Part shown: positions 28,419 to 41,387 of the stretch, in pieces
Numbering within the stretch: the stretch's first letter is position 1
Layout of the letters: every line of letters begins with the position of its first letter
Assembly (NCBI RefSeq): GCF_000497125.1
Contig: NC_090596.1
Location: 124,001-188,000, forward strand
Direction: 5' to 3'
Origin: Spironucleus salmonicida
Taxonomy: Eukaryota
Length of the DNA: 64,000 nucleotides
Notes under the pieces: generated by a model
Databases searched by the model: none
What the model was told of the DNA's origin: nothing
Seen by the model: only the letters and a program-made list of their open reading frames with translations
Program-made: the position numbers and the translations under genes

Positions 28419-28475
28419 GTGAAGGGAAATTAATATATTATATAGATATAATAATATTTACTTCTTTAAAATTTA

Positions 28476-29600
28476 ATGAACTAGCAAGTATTGGATTATT
28501 ATCGTACATTTTAGTTAACAACTGAACATTAGTCTGATATTTGGGATATTATAGAATAAAGGGCTGTCTCTCTAGATCAAACAAAATTTCATTGGTTTGT
28601 TAGATTATAATCATTAATCTTTGTTACGGACTAAATTATGAAGGATTAGAGTACAACCCTTGAAGCAGAATTTTTAGCTACTAAACTTAAAGGTTAAATT
28701 ATCTCTCTTATCTAAGAAAACAAGCCTAACTATTAATCACCTTTAATATAACTTATAACAAAATTTATATTAAATGCACCTGCAGCTATATATACTGAGT
28801 AGCTTACTTTATTATGCTATTTATAGCATAATAGTTTCAGCGAATTTTTAAATATTCTTTTATATTTCCCCGTTGATGGGGGTATATTAGGACAATTATT
28901 AGATCATTTTAGTGAATCGCAGACATAATAAGTCTTAAATAATGTTTAAATATATGTAAATAATAGCAAATTTTCTGAGCATTTATTATCTGGATAGTAT
29001 AATATGTAAATTGCATAGATTTATCACTCATAAGATATGAAATAAGTGGAACAACTATAAGACACTTATGAAGAAGAAGGACAAACTATAGTATTACTTA
29101 AGTAAGCTGAAAATTTAGTAGGAAGTGTAGAATACAATCCTATTTAGTAATCTTCGGTATATAATAAAGATTTATATAATGAAAATTTATCGTTAATAAA
29201 AAAGATTTAAGAATATGAAGATACTGTAAGAATTTTGCAGTAAGATTCTCCACAAAATTAAGTATAATAATTACAATTAGAGTTGGCATAAACACGACAT
29301 GCATTTGATTAACTGATGAATAAATATTAAAACTAAAAATAATATACATAGGAGCTTGAATTCAAATCCAAATAATATAATGATAAAATCCTCTAATTTA
29401 AATAGTTATTTGAGTAAGCTAATCAAAGGTATGAAGACATGAAAAGAGTTGCTAATGAACGTATTTCATAGCTGAGATAAGGTACTGGTGATTCAACAGA
29501 ATTGGAAGCTGCTCGTTAAGAAATAACTAAATTAAAAAGCGAAAAAGCTTAGCTCAGCGATATAACTAAGAAACTTATTAGCAAATTAAATAATAAGTGA
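28476..29600 (+). CDS. hypothetical protein with C-terminal coiled coil (374 aa)
   Basis: MNQQVLDYYRTFQL... to AAG-TGA at 29598-29600. Confidence 0.7.
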
Positions 29601-29655
29601 ACCATTATTACTTATTATATTTTATATTATGGTATATTATAAGTTAATAATTAAA

Positions 29656-30486
29656 ATGGGCATAATAGAGTAATTAGATATAATTATTGAATAGCTTACA
29701 GATACAAGTAATATATCTAGCTAAGAGCTTTCAAAGTTATTAAATGAATTACAATTAATATAGAAAAGATCATAGTAATAAAATATTGAGCTATCAGAGG
29801 AAATAATTATTTAAAAATTATTAGCTAAATCAGTGTAATAATCTTCCGTAATAGTTATTTAAAAATTACTTAAATAGATGAGATCTTAGAAATTATTTAA
29901 AATTGATAAGCTATTTAATAAAATCCGAGATTAGAATTAAAATATTATTATACATCAGATATCAGACTCTGGAATAAAAATAATTGGTTAAAATTTCATT
30001 TCATTAGCACCAGATTTGCTAAATGATTAATTCTTTGTTAAAAAATAGATTAAAAATAAAAATATTGAGTTAGAATATTAATAGCGATAAACTACAGCTC
30101 CAGCCCAGTTTAAGGCAAGCTAATGGGAATAAGAGAGAAAATAAAGTATTTTGAAGTATTTATAACAGATAAATGGTAGTGGATATATTAGAGCTTTATT
30201 ATCAAAAAATATAACAGAAACAGCTTTAAATATTTTTAATACTAGTTAGTTAATAGCAGAGGGTCATATTTTTATTTAAAATATTAGTAAAGATGATGCA
30301 CTATAAATAGACCAATAATTATTTCATTCCAATTAACCGTTTGAGGAGACAAGAATTTTTGTGGGACAAGTTGATCAATAAATTCTGAAAGAAACAAAAG
30401 GATAGGTTTTTTCTATTAGTGTAAATAATGAACAGTTTAGATATTGGAAAACATAATATGAAAATATAACTGAGTTTACTTTTTGA
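29656..30486 (+). CDS. hypothetical protein with N-terminal coiled coil (276 aa)
   Basis: MGIIEQLDIIIEQLTD... to TGA at 30484-30486. Confidence 0.7.
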
Positions 30487-30499
30487 TCATAAAACCATC

Positions 30500-31261
30500 T
30501 CACTCATCTTCAAGACCATAGACTTTACGATCGAATTCTAACAAAGGTTTTAACTTTTAGGATTTAGTCCATATTCCAATTGTTACCAACGCATCAGAAC
30601 CAGCTTAATGTTGTATACCTTCTCTACATACTCCATAATAACTTGCTAAGGTTTAAAGTGAACTTTCCCACTTTTCTACTAATTTTAGATCAAAATAATG
30701 TGGAAATAATGTTTCAGCTAATATACTAAATTCAGAAAAAGAACAAGGTAGGGCGGTCAAAGTAGCTGATTTAAGCAAATATCCTAAATCACAAAATCCA
30801 TGAAAGTAAATCCACTTTATCTTATTGTTAAATAATAGTCCACTAGACATAAAATGATATGAAAACTTAATTGGACTAATACCTTCCTATAGAAGTCTAT
30901 CAAAAGGCACTTCATGTCTTTCTAATAATTAAATTGATGACTCTTATCCTATATCATTAAGTTTGTCATATTAAAAATTAAATTAGAATGTTGAAGGATT
31001 GGGCTGATTACCATAGGAATCCGATAGAGAAATGCCCAATTAAATAAGTTTTAGGTTATCAATATTTATCTTAAATTTACCATATCGGGTAAGTTATCGA
31101 GGCAGATGTCGTTGATTGGTTCGTCCTGTAAGTTAGTCTACATCTTCAAAATAACCAGGAAATTCAGTATCTACACCTAGCAGTGGATATTTATCAACCA
31201 ATCTAGACATAAGTCTAAAAGATTCATCTAAATTATATGAATAGACCTCTTAAATAGTCAT
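30500..31261 (-). CDS. CAF1: CAF1/POP2 DEDD deadenylase (CCR4-NOT subunit 7/8 family)
   Basis: GVDTEFPG, LKLIQLG, FQFNF, WIYFHGFCDLGYLLK, HQAGSDALVT; the Gln in IQLG and in HQAGSD is encoded by TAA. Confidence 0.93.
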
Positions 31262-31313
31262 TTTAATTGTGGAGTGACAAAAAATATATATTTATCTTAT
31301 ATAATAATTCATA

Positions 31314-31736
31314 TCACTTCAAAGTTTAAAAAATTTACTAAAATATCTCAAACGTAATTTCATCGCGATCTTTTATTACTATATTACTTAATTATTATAT
31401 TATCTCCTTTAAGTTATCATTTGAATAAATACAAGCTAGATACTTAAATACAGCCTAAGGCTAAAGATATCCCTTTTATTTGTAATCTAAAATTGTGAAT
31501 AATATATTTAATGGATCCTTTAAGTCAGCATTTTAAGCTGTATAAACTAACTATGACAGCCCTATAAATGTTATGTGCTCATTTTATATCTTCAAAGTAT
31601 CAAAAACAATAACCTATAGACATTCATCAATTTCTATATTTATATCCTGTAATATCTAATTTAATTAAATCTAGTCTAAGTATCCTCTTTCATTAAAATC
31701 TAATTGTGTAAATCGTTATAAAAGAGTCCTAACCAT
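31314..31736 (-). CDS. divergent calmodulin-like EF-hand protein (140 aa)
   Basis: FTQLDFNERGYLDQIQL, LFTILDYKQKGYLQPQAV and DRDEITFEIF are EF-hand-like loops. Confidence 0.65.
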
Positions 31737-31856
31737 TTTTATGAATACAAATTTATATCAACTAAATAATATAATAATTAAAAATTAGATACACTTCATA
31801 AACCAATGTATCTTTTTAAAAAATTAAAGGAACTAAATAATTATTTACTCAGTTGA

Positions 31857-33305
31857 TCACTCATTCAATTTTAAACTTTCTACTTCTTCATTTCTTAAAA
31901 AATCCTATTAGATTAAAATATCACTAGTATCTGGTTAAAATACATTTTTGATATATTTTTTCAATAAACTTTCATCAGTATTAAGCCAATTTCTAATTTT
32001 TACCTGGCAGGTGGGAATCATTGCAGCTTTATTTATTATTCCAAGAACTGATTGAGCAGTGAAATTCTATCCATCTACAAAATTCAAAAAGTCTTCAATT
32101 TAATTTGCAAAATTACAGCAAATTTAAGTATTTCCTAAAACTAGTGCAACCAATCTCAATGCATCCGTAGGGTCATTTTAGAATTGATTTACAATAGATT
32201 TAATCAATAAGAAGGGGAAATCAACATTTATTCTTGAAATTATATTAATTATTGAAATGTCAGTTTCTATCGCTGTGAGTATAGCAAAGGATGCGAAAAA
32301 TGATGTCTATGGGAACAATGATAGTGTAACTAAATGATTGAAAATCTTTGTTTGCGCCATAGCTGAAATTCCACCTTGATGTTCTAATAAAGGACACAAA
32401 ATAAAAGTAAAGTCGTTATAATATTATGTATAAAATTAACTAGCCTATGCTATAGTATCAGAATATGGGAATTTAACTTTTTATCCCAATAAATCAGCCA
32501 AATGTACGTGTGTATTAGTCACAAATATTAAATTTTAGATCTGTGTTTCATTGTTTAAATACATTGTAATTATAAGTTGCAATGCCGCGTGGGCTACAAA
32601 ATTCTGTTTATCCCCAGCCATCGCTGTAACGATCAAAATCATGCTCTCAGCAGAAAATAAAAATTAATCTGTTGATGATACAATATTAAGAATATTTTCG
32701 GTATTTTAATTCAAATATTGCAAAATTTATTTATCAATTAGCTACTCAATGTCATATCTTTGCTAAATTTCTGTTAAAATTATTTTCTCAGAGTAAATTA
32801 AATTACTAACTAGTGAATTATCAGCATTTTAGAAAAGAAACTCTGGTGTGCTGATCCATTCGAAATTAACATTTTACCAACCAAATCCGACAGTTAAAAG
32901 CTATTGAAACTATGCTAATTTGGTTAAAATTTTCAACAAAAAAAACCTTATATTACTAGTTTTTTCAGTTTAAATTATATCTAAAATATCTGTCTTTTTA
33001 AAATCTATTTAGCCTAGTTTATATAACGAGCTAATGCAGTATTAGGCAAGGGGCTTTACCAGTAACATGGTATGATTCTGATTACAATGTTATTCTAGGA
33101 GTTTCAAAATTGCAAAGTGGTGCGATAATGAATCCGTTTGAGTTGAATCTACTAGAAGTTACTATAGCAAGTAAATTGCACCTTGAACAGGATCAAAAGG
33201 GATGGTTACATTGAGTTTTGAAGATCTATCGCAAAAATCAGGTTCATAATAAGGTGATATTGACGAGAAATTTTAGTCAACAAAATAATGGCGCAAATTG
33301 TCCAT
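31857..33305 (-). CDS. hypothetical helical (ARM-like) protein (482 aa)
   Basis: MDNLRHYFVDQNFSSISPYYEPDF... to GAG-TGA at 31857-31859. Confidence 0.7.
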
Positions 33306-33354
33306 TTAAAATAAATATTATAATTAATAAATATTTACAATATAGAATAAAATA

Positions 33355-34020
33355 ATGATGAAATTAATATGTAGTAAAAAGGGGGTTATTTTTGATTTTG
33401 ATGGAACTTTGGTAGATACTAGTAAGGTATGGAACATCATTGATAAATAATTTTTCGAAAGACGAGGTATTGATTATAATTTTGAAGAATATTGGCCTCT
33501 TATTTAGGGTAAGTCCTTAAAAGATATTTGTTGTATATTTAAAGATTTATATTAATTAAATGAAAGTGTAGAATAGATTTTAGCTGAATATAATCAATTA
33601 ATATAGTTAACTTTTAAAAATAAATTGAAACTAAGGGATGGTGCTTAACAATTTATAGAATTGCTAATTTCGAAACATATTAAGGTTGGAATAGCTTCAT
33701 CTTGTTCAAAAAAAAATATCTTAGATGTCATAAGTAATTATCCAATTATATAGTAGAATATAAAAGCTATAGTAACTTCTGAAGAAATAAATATGAATAA
33801 ACCTTGTGTGTAAATATACTAAATATGTGGAGAGTTAATGGGAATATGTAATATTAAAGATGATATAGTTATTTTTGAAGATTCATATAATGGGATTTTA
33901 GGCGCGAAATAAACTGAAGCATTACTTATCGGTATTTCTAGTTTTGAGAAAAGTAAATTTATTGAAAGGTAAAATATGTGTAACTTATGGATAGAGAATT
34001 ATTAAAATTTAACTGAGTGA
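33355..34020 (+). CDS. HAD-superfamily hydrolase, subfamily IA (221 aa)
   Basis: Motif I GVIFDFDGTLVDT, motif II GIASS, motif III NKP, motif IV IFEDSYNGILGAK. Confidence 0.9.
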
Positions 34021-34025
34021 ACATT

Positions 34026-35927
34026 TCACTTCTGATAAAATAAACAAAGTTATTTTAACTTAAGCCTCGCTTGTTTCTAAAATGATAAAAACAGTCCAGG
34101 ACTAGTAGGAGTTTATAATAGTTGCGCTATTTCCTCATCTTTAAAATATTATAGTTAAATTTATAGTGGAACAGAATTAATTTATAAATTCGAAACCAGT
34201 GCTACTGATTTAAAAAGCGAATAAAATGTTGTCTCATCTATAAATGCATCTGAATGAATTCGTTTAAAATAATATGCAGTCCGTTGTTCAATAAAACGAA
34301 TGAATAGTTTAAAATTATTATTTTAAATAAATTATATATAATTTATTTCTTTGCATACTAGACTAACCAGTTTTATGAAACTTTATTATGATAACTCAGA
34401 TAATAATTTATACAAATATGAAATCTAATTTTTGTCTGTTATCTAGCTGAATAATAAACTTTATAGATACGGAATCCCTCCAAATTCTATATAGAAGAAG
34501 TCTACAAAATCTAATAAATATATAGATAACTATGAGCTAAATCTTGTGGTTGTGAAGAATTACTTAACCTCTACTTTTGTTTTCATAAAATCTCTAAATA
34601 TTCTGTCCAATCTACCAGAATGAGAAGAAATTACCTAAAGTTATAAGGTTAGGATTTTAATAGAAAAAAATTCAGCAAATTGTTATAAAAATATTTAATC
34701 TTTCCCCTATAGTGGAGCGATTGTTTTTCCAATACAAGTAAAATAAACCGATAAAATCTAATTTGTTATTTATGATTAAACAAATTATTTTTGACAATAG
34801 AATAAAGTTAACATTGCTAACCTGTATAATATAGGAACCTAAAACTAATGTATATCATTGCTAATAATAATTTTTGGGGTTTTATGCTTTGAAAAATGAG
34901 TTTGAAGACATTATTCCCATAAATTAAATTCAGAATTATCGGACTCAAATAGTTTATTTTGAAATTATAAGCCAAACATTGAAATACTAATTAATGAAAA
35001 CAGGCTATCGTTTAGAACCTGGCTAATATTATCAACTAAACATGATAATAAACGTTTTGATTCTTAAATTATTGAAGCCAAGTCGAACAGTTAAATCTCA
35101 TCATAGTAGACTGACAATTATCCATCGCTTACACTTAAAAAAGTAATAGCGAATTTATCACCAAAATAGTCTTTATATATTTTTAACTATTCGTCCCAAT
35201 TTATAGTATTTTGATAATTACTTAATTATTATATATCTTAATTACTTATTAATCCTATAGCTTGCCGCAGAGGTTTAGTATTATCACTAGCTATAATTTA
35301 GAATGTTTCTAAACATTTACTATAAAAAAGCGCAAATTTCATTATCCAATCAGCTTTTTTCTAAAAATTGAAAATGTATTTTTCGATATATTCCTCATAG
35401 TCAAATTATGGAGATAAATTTTAGATTGACCTAGAAATCCCAAATACTTAAAATTAGAAATCGTCGCCATGTTCTTAATATTCATGAATAGCTTCAAAAT
35501 ATATTTACAACCAATAAAATGCTTTCAACAAAATTGCTGCAATTCTCACTGACTTATATTCTAAAACAGTTTCTAATAAAGTTGACGAACAGTCTATTGA
35601 TTTTTATTTAATTGATTTTAGCAAAAGATCAACTGGAGAATGGTAGAAAAAAATAATTGGTTTTGCTCCTGTCAATATTTTTTAAAAATCACGTATCATA
35701 AGTAATGATGATAAATCTTCATTTTTTGGAATATAACTTTAATATTCTGTTTCTATCTAAATCTAATCCTTAAAAGCTCTCTATAAATACTGAGAATAAT
35801 CTAGATTCTAAGTAAAGAATTCTGGACATAATAACGCATCATTAAGTGTTAATTCTTCGGTTTTTATAAAAAAATTCTTTTATAACTTTTACTAAAAATC
35901 AATAAATTATAATGTAACATCAATCAT
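34026..35927 (-). CDS. hypothetical helical protein (633 aa)
   Basis: MIDVTLQFIDFQQKLQKN... to AAG-TGA at 34026-34028; internal frame spot-checked. Confidence 0.7.
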
Positions 35928-36020
35928 TTATTTTACTAAATAATATTTATATATAATAATGATTAAATATTTTTAACTATATATAAAATATTATATATCT
36001 TAATATTAATATTAATTATA

Positions 36021-36806
36021 ATGAAAAGTCGAATAAACTTTTGTAAACAATAAGCTTTATCTTAGCAAGTCACTAATATATCTTTACTGACTAGCAAAAA
36101 TTCATAAATAAAACTGAATCAATCAACATAGACACAACATATATATTTAAAATCTAAAACTAATTCTAATATTAAGGATAAACGTTACAAAGTTGTTAAA
36201 GATTTGTATACAGAAATTGAAGAACTTATAAAATCTAAGTTTTAATCTTTTAAGATAGAATAATCAATAAATTAAGATAATCTTAATTTGCATCATGAAT
36301 TATTTCTAACTAATAAAAAGTTATCTGCTGATATTTAATAATTGAATGATTAAATACTACTATTAGTAACAAATATATCTGTGATAAAGTTACAAAATCG
36401 ATTTAGCTAACGATGCTTTAGTATTGATGAAATACTAGTATCAAATGAATTTAGTTTATTTACATAAAAACAATCCCTAGAATATATATTACTAGATTCT
36501 GATATTAATTAGTATGTAAAGTGGCAGACTTAGAATAATGAGATAAAATTAGAAAACAAATATAACAAGTTGCACTAGATACAATAAGATGTTGATAAAT
36601 AGTCTAAATTGTTATACTCAACAAACTTATAAATAGTAGAATAGTAAAAATAATGTTAATATGCACAATAAGATATTAATGATATTAAATAAAAAATTAA
36701 TTTGGTAGGTGGGTAAATTAGTTAATATTATTAAGCGAGAATTTGTATGAAAAATCTTATTCAGATTAATAAAAATTTAAAACTATATCTATTATATTTA
36801 AAATGA
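36021..36806 (+). CDS. coiled-coil hypothetical protein (261 aa)
   Basis: MKSRINFCKQQALSQQ... to TGA at 36804-36806. Confidence 0.65.
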
Positions 36807-38885
36807 TCATTCTACACCAGATGCAGCATTACATTTTTCACACCAATTGATATAATCTTCAAGTTTCTTCATTTCCATTTCCATTTCCGTCTCTTTAATT
36901 TATTCTGGAGTAAACTATTAAACTATCCCAGTTTTAGATTTAATTGGCATATAAACCGAGCGTTTACGTAAATTAGGACTTAATTTAAAGACACGGACTA
37001 CACCTTTATTATCACCAACTGCAATAACCGGATAGTAATCATTCATGCACATCTTTGTTAATCTAGCATCATCTGGAACAACTACTTAGACACAAACCTC
37101 GGACTCTTTCTTTTAATCGAAATCAAAAATATGAATAGTATTAGCAGATGTTGCTGCAACTAATACAGATGATACATCCCTAGAGAATTAACATGCAACC
37201 ACTGGAGCCTATAAATCATATGTAAAAATAGGAGTAGGTCTTTACATTTGCCATATTTTAATTAAATAGTCTTCAGATGATGTAGCAACTAAATCTGATC
37301 TATATTTATTCCAAGTTATTTCTGTAATTGGCATAGAATGACCATTAGATTATAAATTGAATGATTAAATGAAATTAGTTAAATACGCAGTAGAACAAAT
37401 ACGAAGCATGCCAGTTTCGGTACCAATTGTATATAGCCAAGGTTACTCCCAATTAAGTTTAATACTAGTTAATCCAGTTACAGGAGTAAATGCCGAATCA
37501 TGTTATTCATTGCTGTCTTGTTTAGGTGCAATCAAAATAGTTGCATCAGACTAAAGTTATGATTTTTAGTTTTACTGAGAAACATTGCTAACAGATTATT
37601 TCTTAACTTTATTAACAACACCAACATCGTTAGCAAATCCAGAATCTGTAATAGTGACTTAAAATACAACACGTAAATCTCCTTATACAAAAGCCCATGC
37701 GAATACTTGCCCATCAGAAGATACAGATAAAAATTATTATAAGCCTAACTCCTTATCAGAATCCTTTCTCCATTTAACCCCCGTAACAGCAGTTAAATGT
37801 TTTTTAGTGTGTGTACTGGATTAGGCTACGCAAGCAGGTGTATTTTCTAAATCCCAAATTTAAACATTTCCATCTACAAGACCAACTAGTAATAAATTTT
37901 CGTCATCTTCATTCCATGATGTACAGATTACATCACAATGAGTCTTGATTTATTTTTCAGAATAAAATGGATTTTTAAGGGAAAATATGCAAACTAAGCC
38001 AGGAGTGAATGTAGTACTTGTGGGTTAATTAACACCATAACTGACAGCAAAAACATCCTTATATTTTGGGTGCCAAACAATTCCTGAAACAGGTATTGAC
38101 GTACTTTAACTAAATTTCCATAATGGATACAAGCTACCTTCTTGCGGCTTATACTAATCTGCTGGATCATTCCAAGCTGCAAAGTCTGTTACAACCTCAG
38201 AAAATGCAGATTGTGCAATTAATTTTTCGCTCAAATTCAGACTTGTTACTATCTTTTTAATGCTTTCATCAGGTAGAGTAGATAATGCTGAAATTTTATT
38301 ATCTTCTGTTTTTACCGTTGTTGCACTTTCAGCAATTTTTGGTTCTACATAACCTTCATGACCTGCAAATTCAAATGGATTTTAAGTATTAGCAACCAAA
38401 GCAGCATCTTCTTATACCACATTCTTTTTCTTATCAACTTTATATAAATCGTAAATGATAGATTTAGATAATTGACCTTTAGTGAAGCCTACTTCAAATT
38501 ATTATGTTTAAATATTCATTATTCTTGGAGGTACATTGAAAGTTTAGGTTCCTCTGTTAGAAAAATTAAATTAATTGAATAGTAGCTTTTCTTAATTGTC
38601 CTCAAATGCGTTATAATAGTTTTCATCATTGAATACATAGCTTCCATCAATTTCAACATGAAAATGAGTAGCTCCTGCATTAGGATCCATTTTAAATTGC
38701 TTTTATTGATAGTTATATCTAATAAGCTGTTATGGTGCGTTAGGATTAGTAGCTTAAAGAATACGATTGATTTCTTCAGTAAGCTAAATTTTAGGTACTT
38801 CAACTTATAAATCAACAATACCTGATTCCAAAGTTGTTCCAGGTTTCATTGATGCTGTAACTTTTTGAGTTGGCTTAGGAGGCAT
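36807..38885 (-). CDS. DNAI1: axonemal outer-arm dynein intermediate chain, DNAI1/IC78-like (692 aa)
   Basis: LTEEINRILQATNPNAPQQLIRYNY and LFNQFNFSNRGTQTFN match DNAI1 N-terminal blocks; these are followed by WD40 repeats (VGLVDGNVQIWD, TSSEDYLIKIW, VGDNKG). Confidence 0.88.
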
Positions 38886-38948
38886 AATTTGCGGAATGTA
38901 AAAAACGAATAATATTTAATATAATATATAGTAATATATTAATTTTTA

Positions 38949-40121
38949 ATGGAAGGAGACTCTTTAATTGAAAATACTAATAATTTACCTTTGCAACCAC
39001 CGAAGCCATTATTGCCTAATTTTTATACTGATAAATAAGTTGTAATATTAAAGATTATAATATGTGTAATTTTCATAATTTTCATAATAACATACGAATC
39101 ACTAAATATATGCAGTTCGGGTTTCGCTTCACCGGTTCACAAAGTATATTAAGATTATAGATTTCAATTTAATAGGCCATAAATTATACACAACACTTAA
39201 TTTCCAACGGATACTATGTTTTCTTTTGATTAAATTTTTAATAGCAGTATATATACTCCTGTATATTAAGAATAATACTTTAAGAATATCCCTTTTTCAT
39301 TGGTTATTAATAATACTATGCGAAGTCTTAATTCTGCTGAAATATCTTCCTCTAATACGGAGTTAAATACTATTTATTTATATAATTCATTGAGATATAA
39401 TGTTTATATTGACTAGCCTTTATTTAATAAAAATTATTGGAATTATTTTGGTAATAATAAGTCAGTATATACGTGTGGTAATGTAAATATTGAAAATCTT
39501 GATATCAAATCATCCTTATTGGACACCACTAATATTCCTATCTGGTATTTTAACATTAATAGCTATTAAGCAAAGATGCATGATTTCAGTTTAAAGATTA
39601 ACTTATAATAAGGTCAGTGTATTGACTTTCTTCTTATACGAGAATATAATAGCTACAAATTTTAGTTAAATTAATACGATTTTAATGGAAAAATAATCAT
39701 TGAAAATCTGTATAACTCAACAAATGATTTTGAGATTAGATTAATTAATTCATCAGCTAACAATATTACGCTCATAAAAATCCCTTAAACAATTTATTTT
39801 AATCTAACATAATCTAATTGTACTTATTATTTACCATTTTTAACAAAAAATAAACCTAATAACTTATATGGTGTTATTTCAAATATTCCTGATAGAAACG
39901 GGGATTAGACTTTAACAAAAGTCAAAATTAATATAGACTATTAATATAATGAATATGTTGATATAATACTCATAAATGGACCAAATTTAAGATGGAAGGA
40001 GTTATTAAATGCATTTATTATTTAATCTCCAGAAATAGGACAATTAACAATTATATTAAACGCTTGGAACTGCAATGTAATAGATGATAGAACGAATATC
40101 TTAAGATGTATACATAAGTGA
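38949..40121 (+). CDS. single-pass (type II-like) membrane protein (390 aa)
   Basis: N-proximal hydrophobic segment VVILKIIICVIFIIFIITY, then an Asn-rich domain with several NxS/T sequons; AAG-TGA stop. Confidence 0.7.
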
Positions 40122-40124
40122 TTT

Positions 40125-41303
40125 TCACTCATTACCCATTATATTAGCTAACACTTTTCTTAAATAACCATTTTCTTCTCCTTCTTATGACAGCTCTTCT
40201 TCTAACACTTTAATTCTATTATTAATTTTTTTAACACTATTCTTATATTAACTAAGCTCAACCTCCAGCTGAAGTTTTTATTTCGTAAGTTAATTCATCT
40301 CGTGTATACCGGCTTAATCAGCTTCTCTCATAGCTTTATCTATTTCTCTTTGCTTATTAAGTTAAAATATCTTCATTTCTCTCTTTGCATTTCGTAAAAC
40401 ATTGTCTGTTTCATTTTTTACTCTGCCCCCTTGTTCAATACCTTTATTTGTCATTAATGCTAAATCTGATGTCAACTAACTATATCTAACTTCAGACTTT
40501 AGTTTATATTTTTATGCATTTGATAACTAATTACCAACCTCTTCGAGTTATCTAGATGCTTAGTAATCTCTAAAAGCTAAAGTTTCCCTAACCCTCGCTA
40601 AAGATGCTTATAATTCACCAATTCGTCTTGCTAATAATGCTTCTAATCCTTGTTTTTCTAAAATTAAAGAAGTAATTCTAGATTAATATGATTCACATCT
40701 TTATGATACAGTATCTGTTCCAGGATCTGTATCAGTATTATTTGTATCCTAATTATCAGATTTTAAGGACTAAGGAACATCAAAAATATCTCCACAACAT
40801 TCAGAGCATGCATCTTTTTATTATTATTTTCTATCCAATTCACCTAATAGTCCTACAGCACTTCGTTTAGTCATTCGTGACCCTTGGTATTTTTAATATA
40901 TTAATGACTAATATTATTGTTAAGATTCTTATGTTTGTTATGTTGTAGCCTATTTTGCTGCATTCAGCAATTAAGATAACATAAATCTTTATTCCTAAAC
41001 TTGAACATCTGTAATTTGTAACTAAAATAAATATTCATCTCTATTTTATATTGCCTGAGAAATTTTAAGGACTAAATCATTATTCTCAGAATTCAAAAGT
41101 TCTAAAATAGAAGTTTATTCTCTTATTTTTTCTTTTTCTGACAATATAATTTAAATATCATTAATAATTGGTTAAAAAGAACCACACTAACTATCCAATT
41201 ATATAAGTGTCTTATTAACATCATTAAATAATAATGCTGAATTTTCTTAAACCATGTATGTAGTATTAATCGAAGATTGATTTCCAGAAATTTATGATTT
41301 CAT
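40125..41303 (-). CDS. coiled-coil hypothetical protein (392 aa)
   Basis: MKSQISGNQSS... to GAG-TGA at 40125-40127; long E/K/Q/R heptad segments. Confidence 0.72.
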
Positions 41304-41387
41304 CTAATAAAAATTATTTCTATTATTATATTTAATTAATAATATAAATTTACATAATTATATATCATTAAAATATCTCTTTACAAA

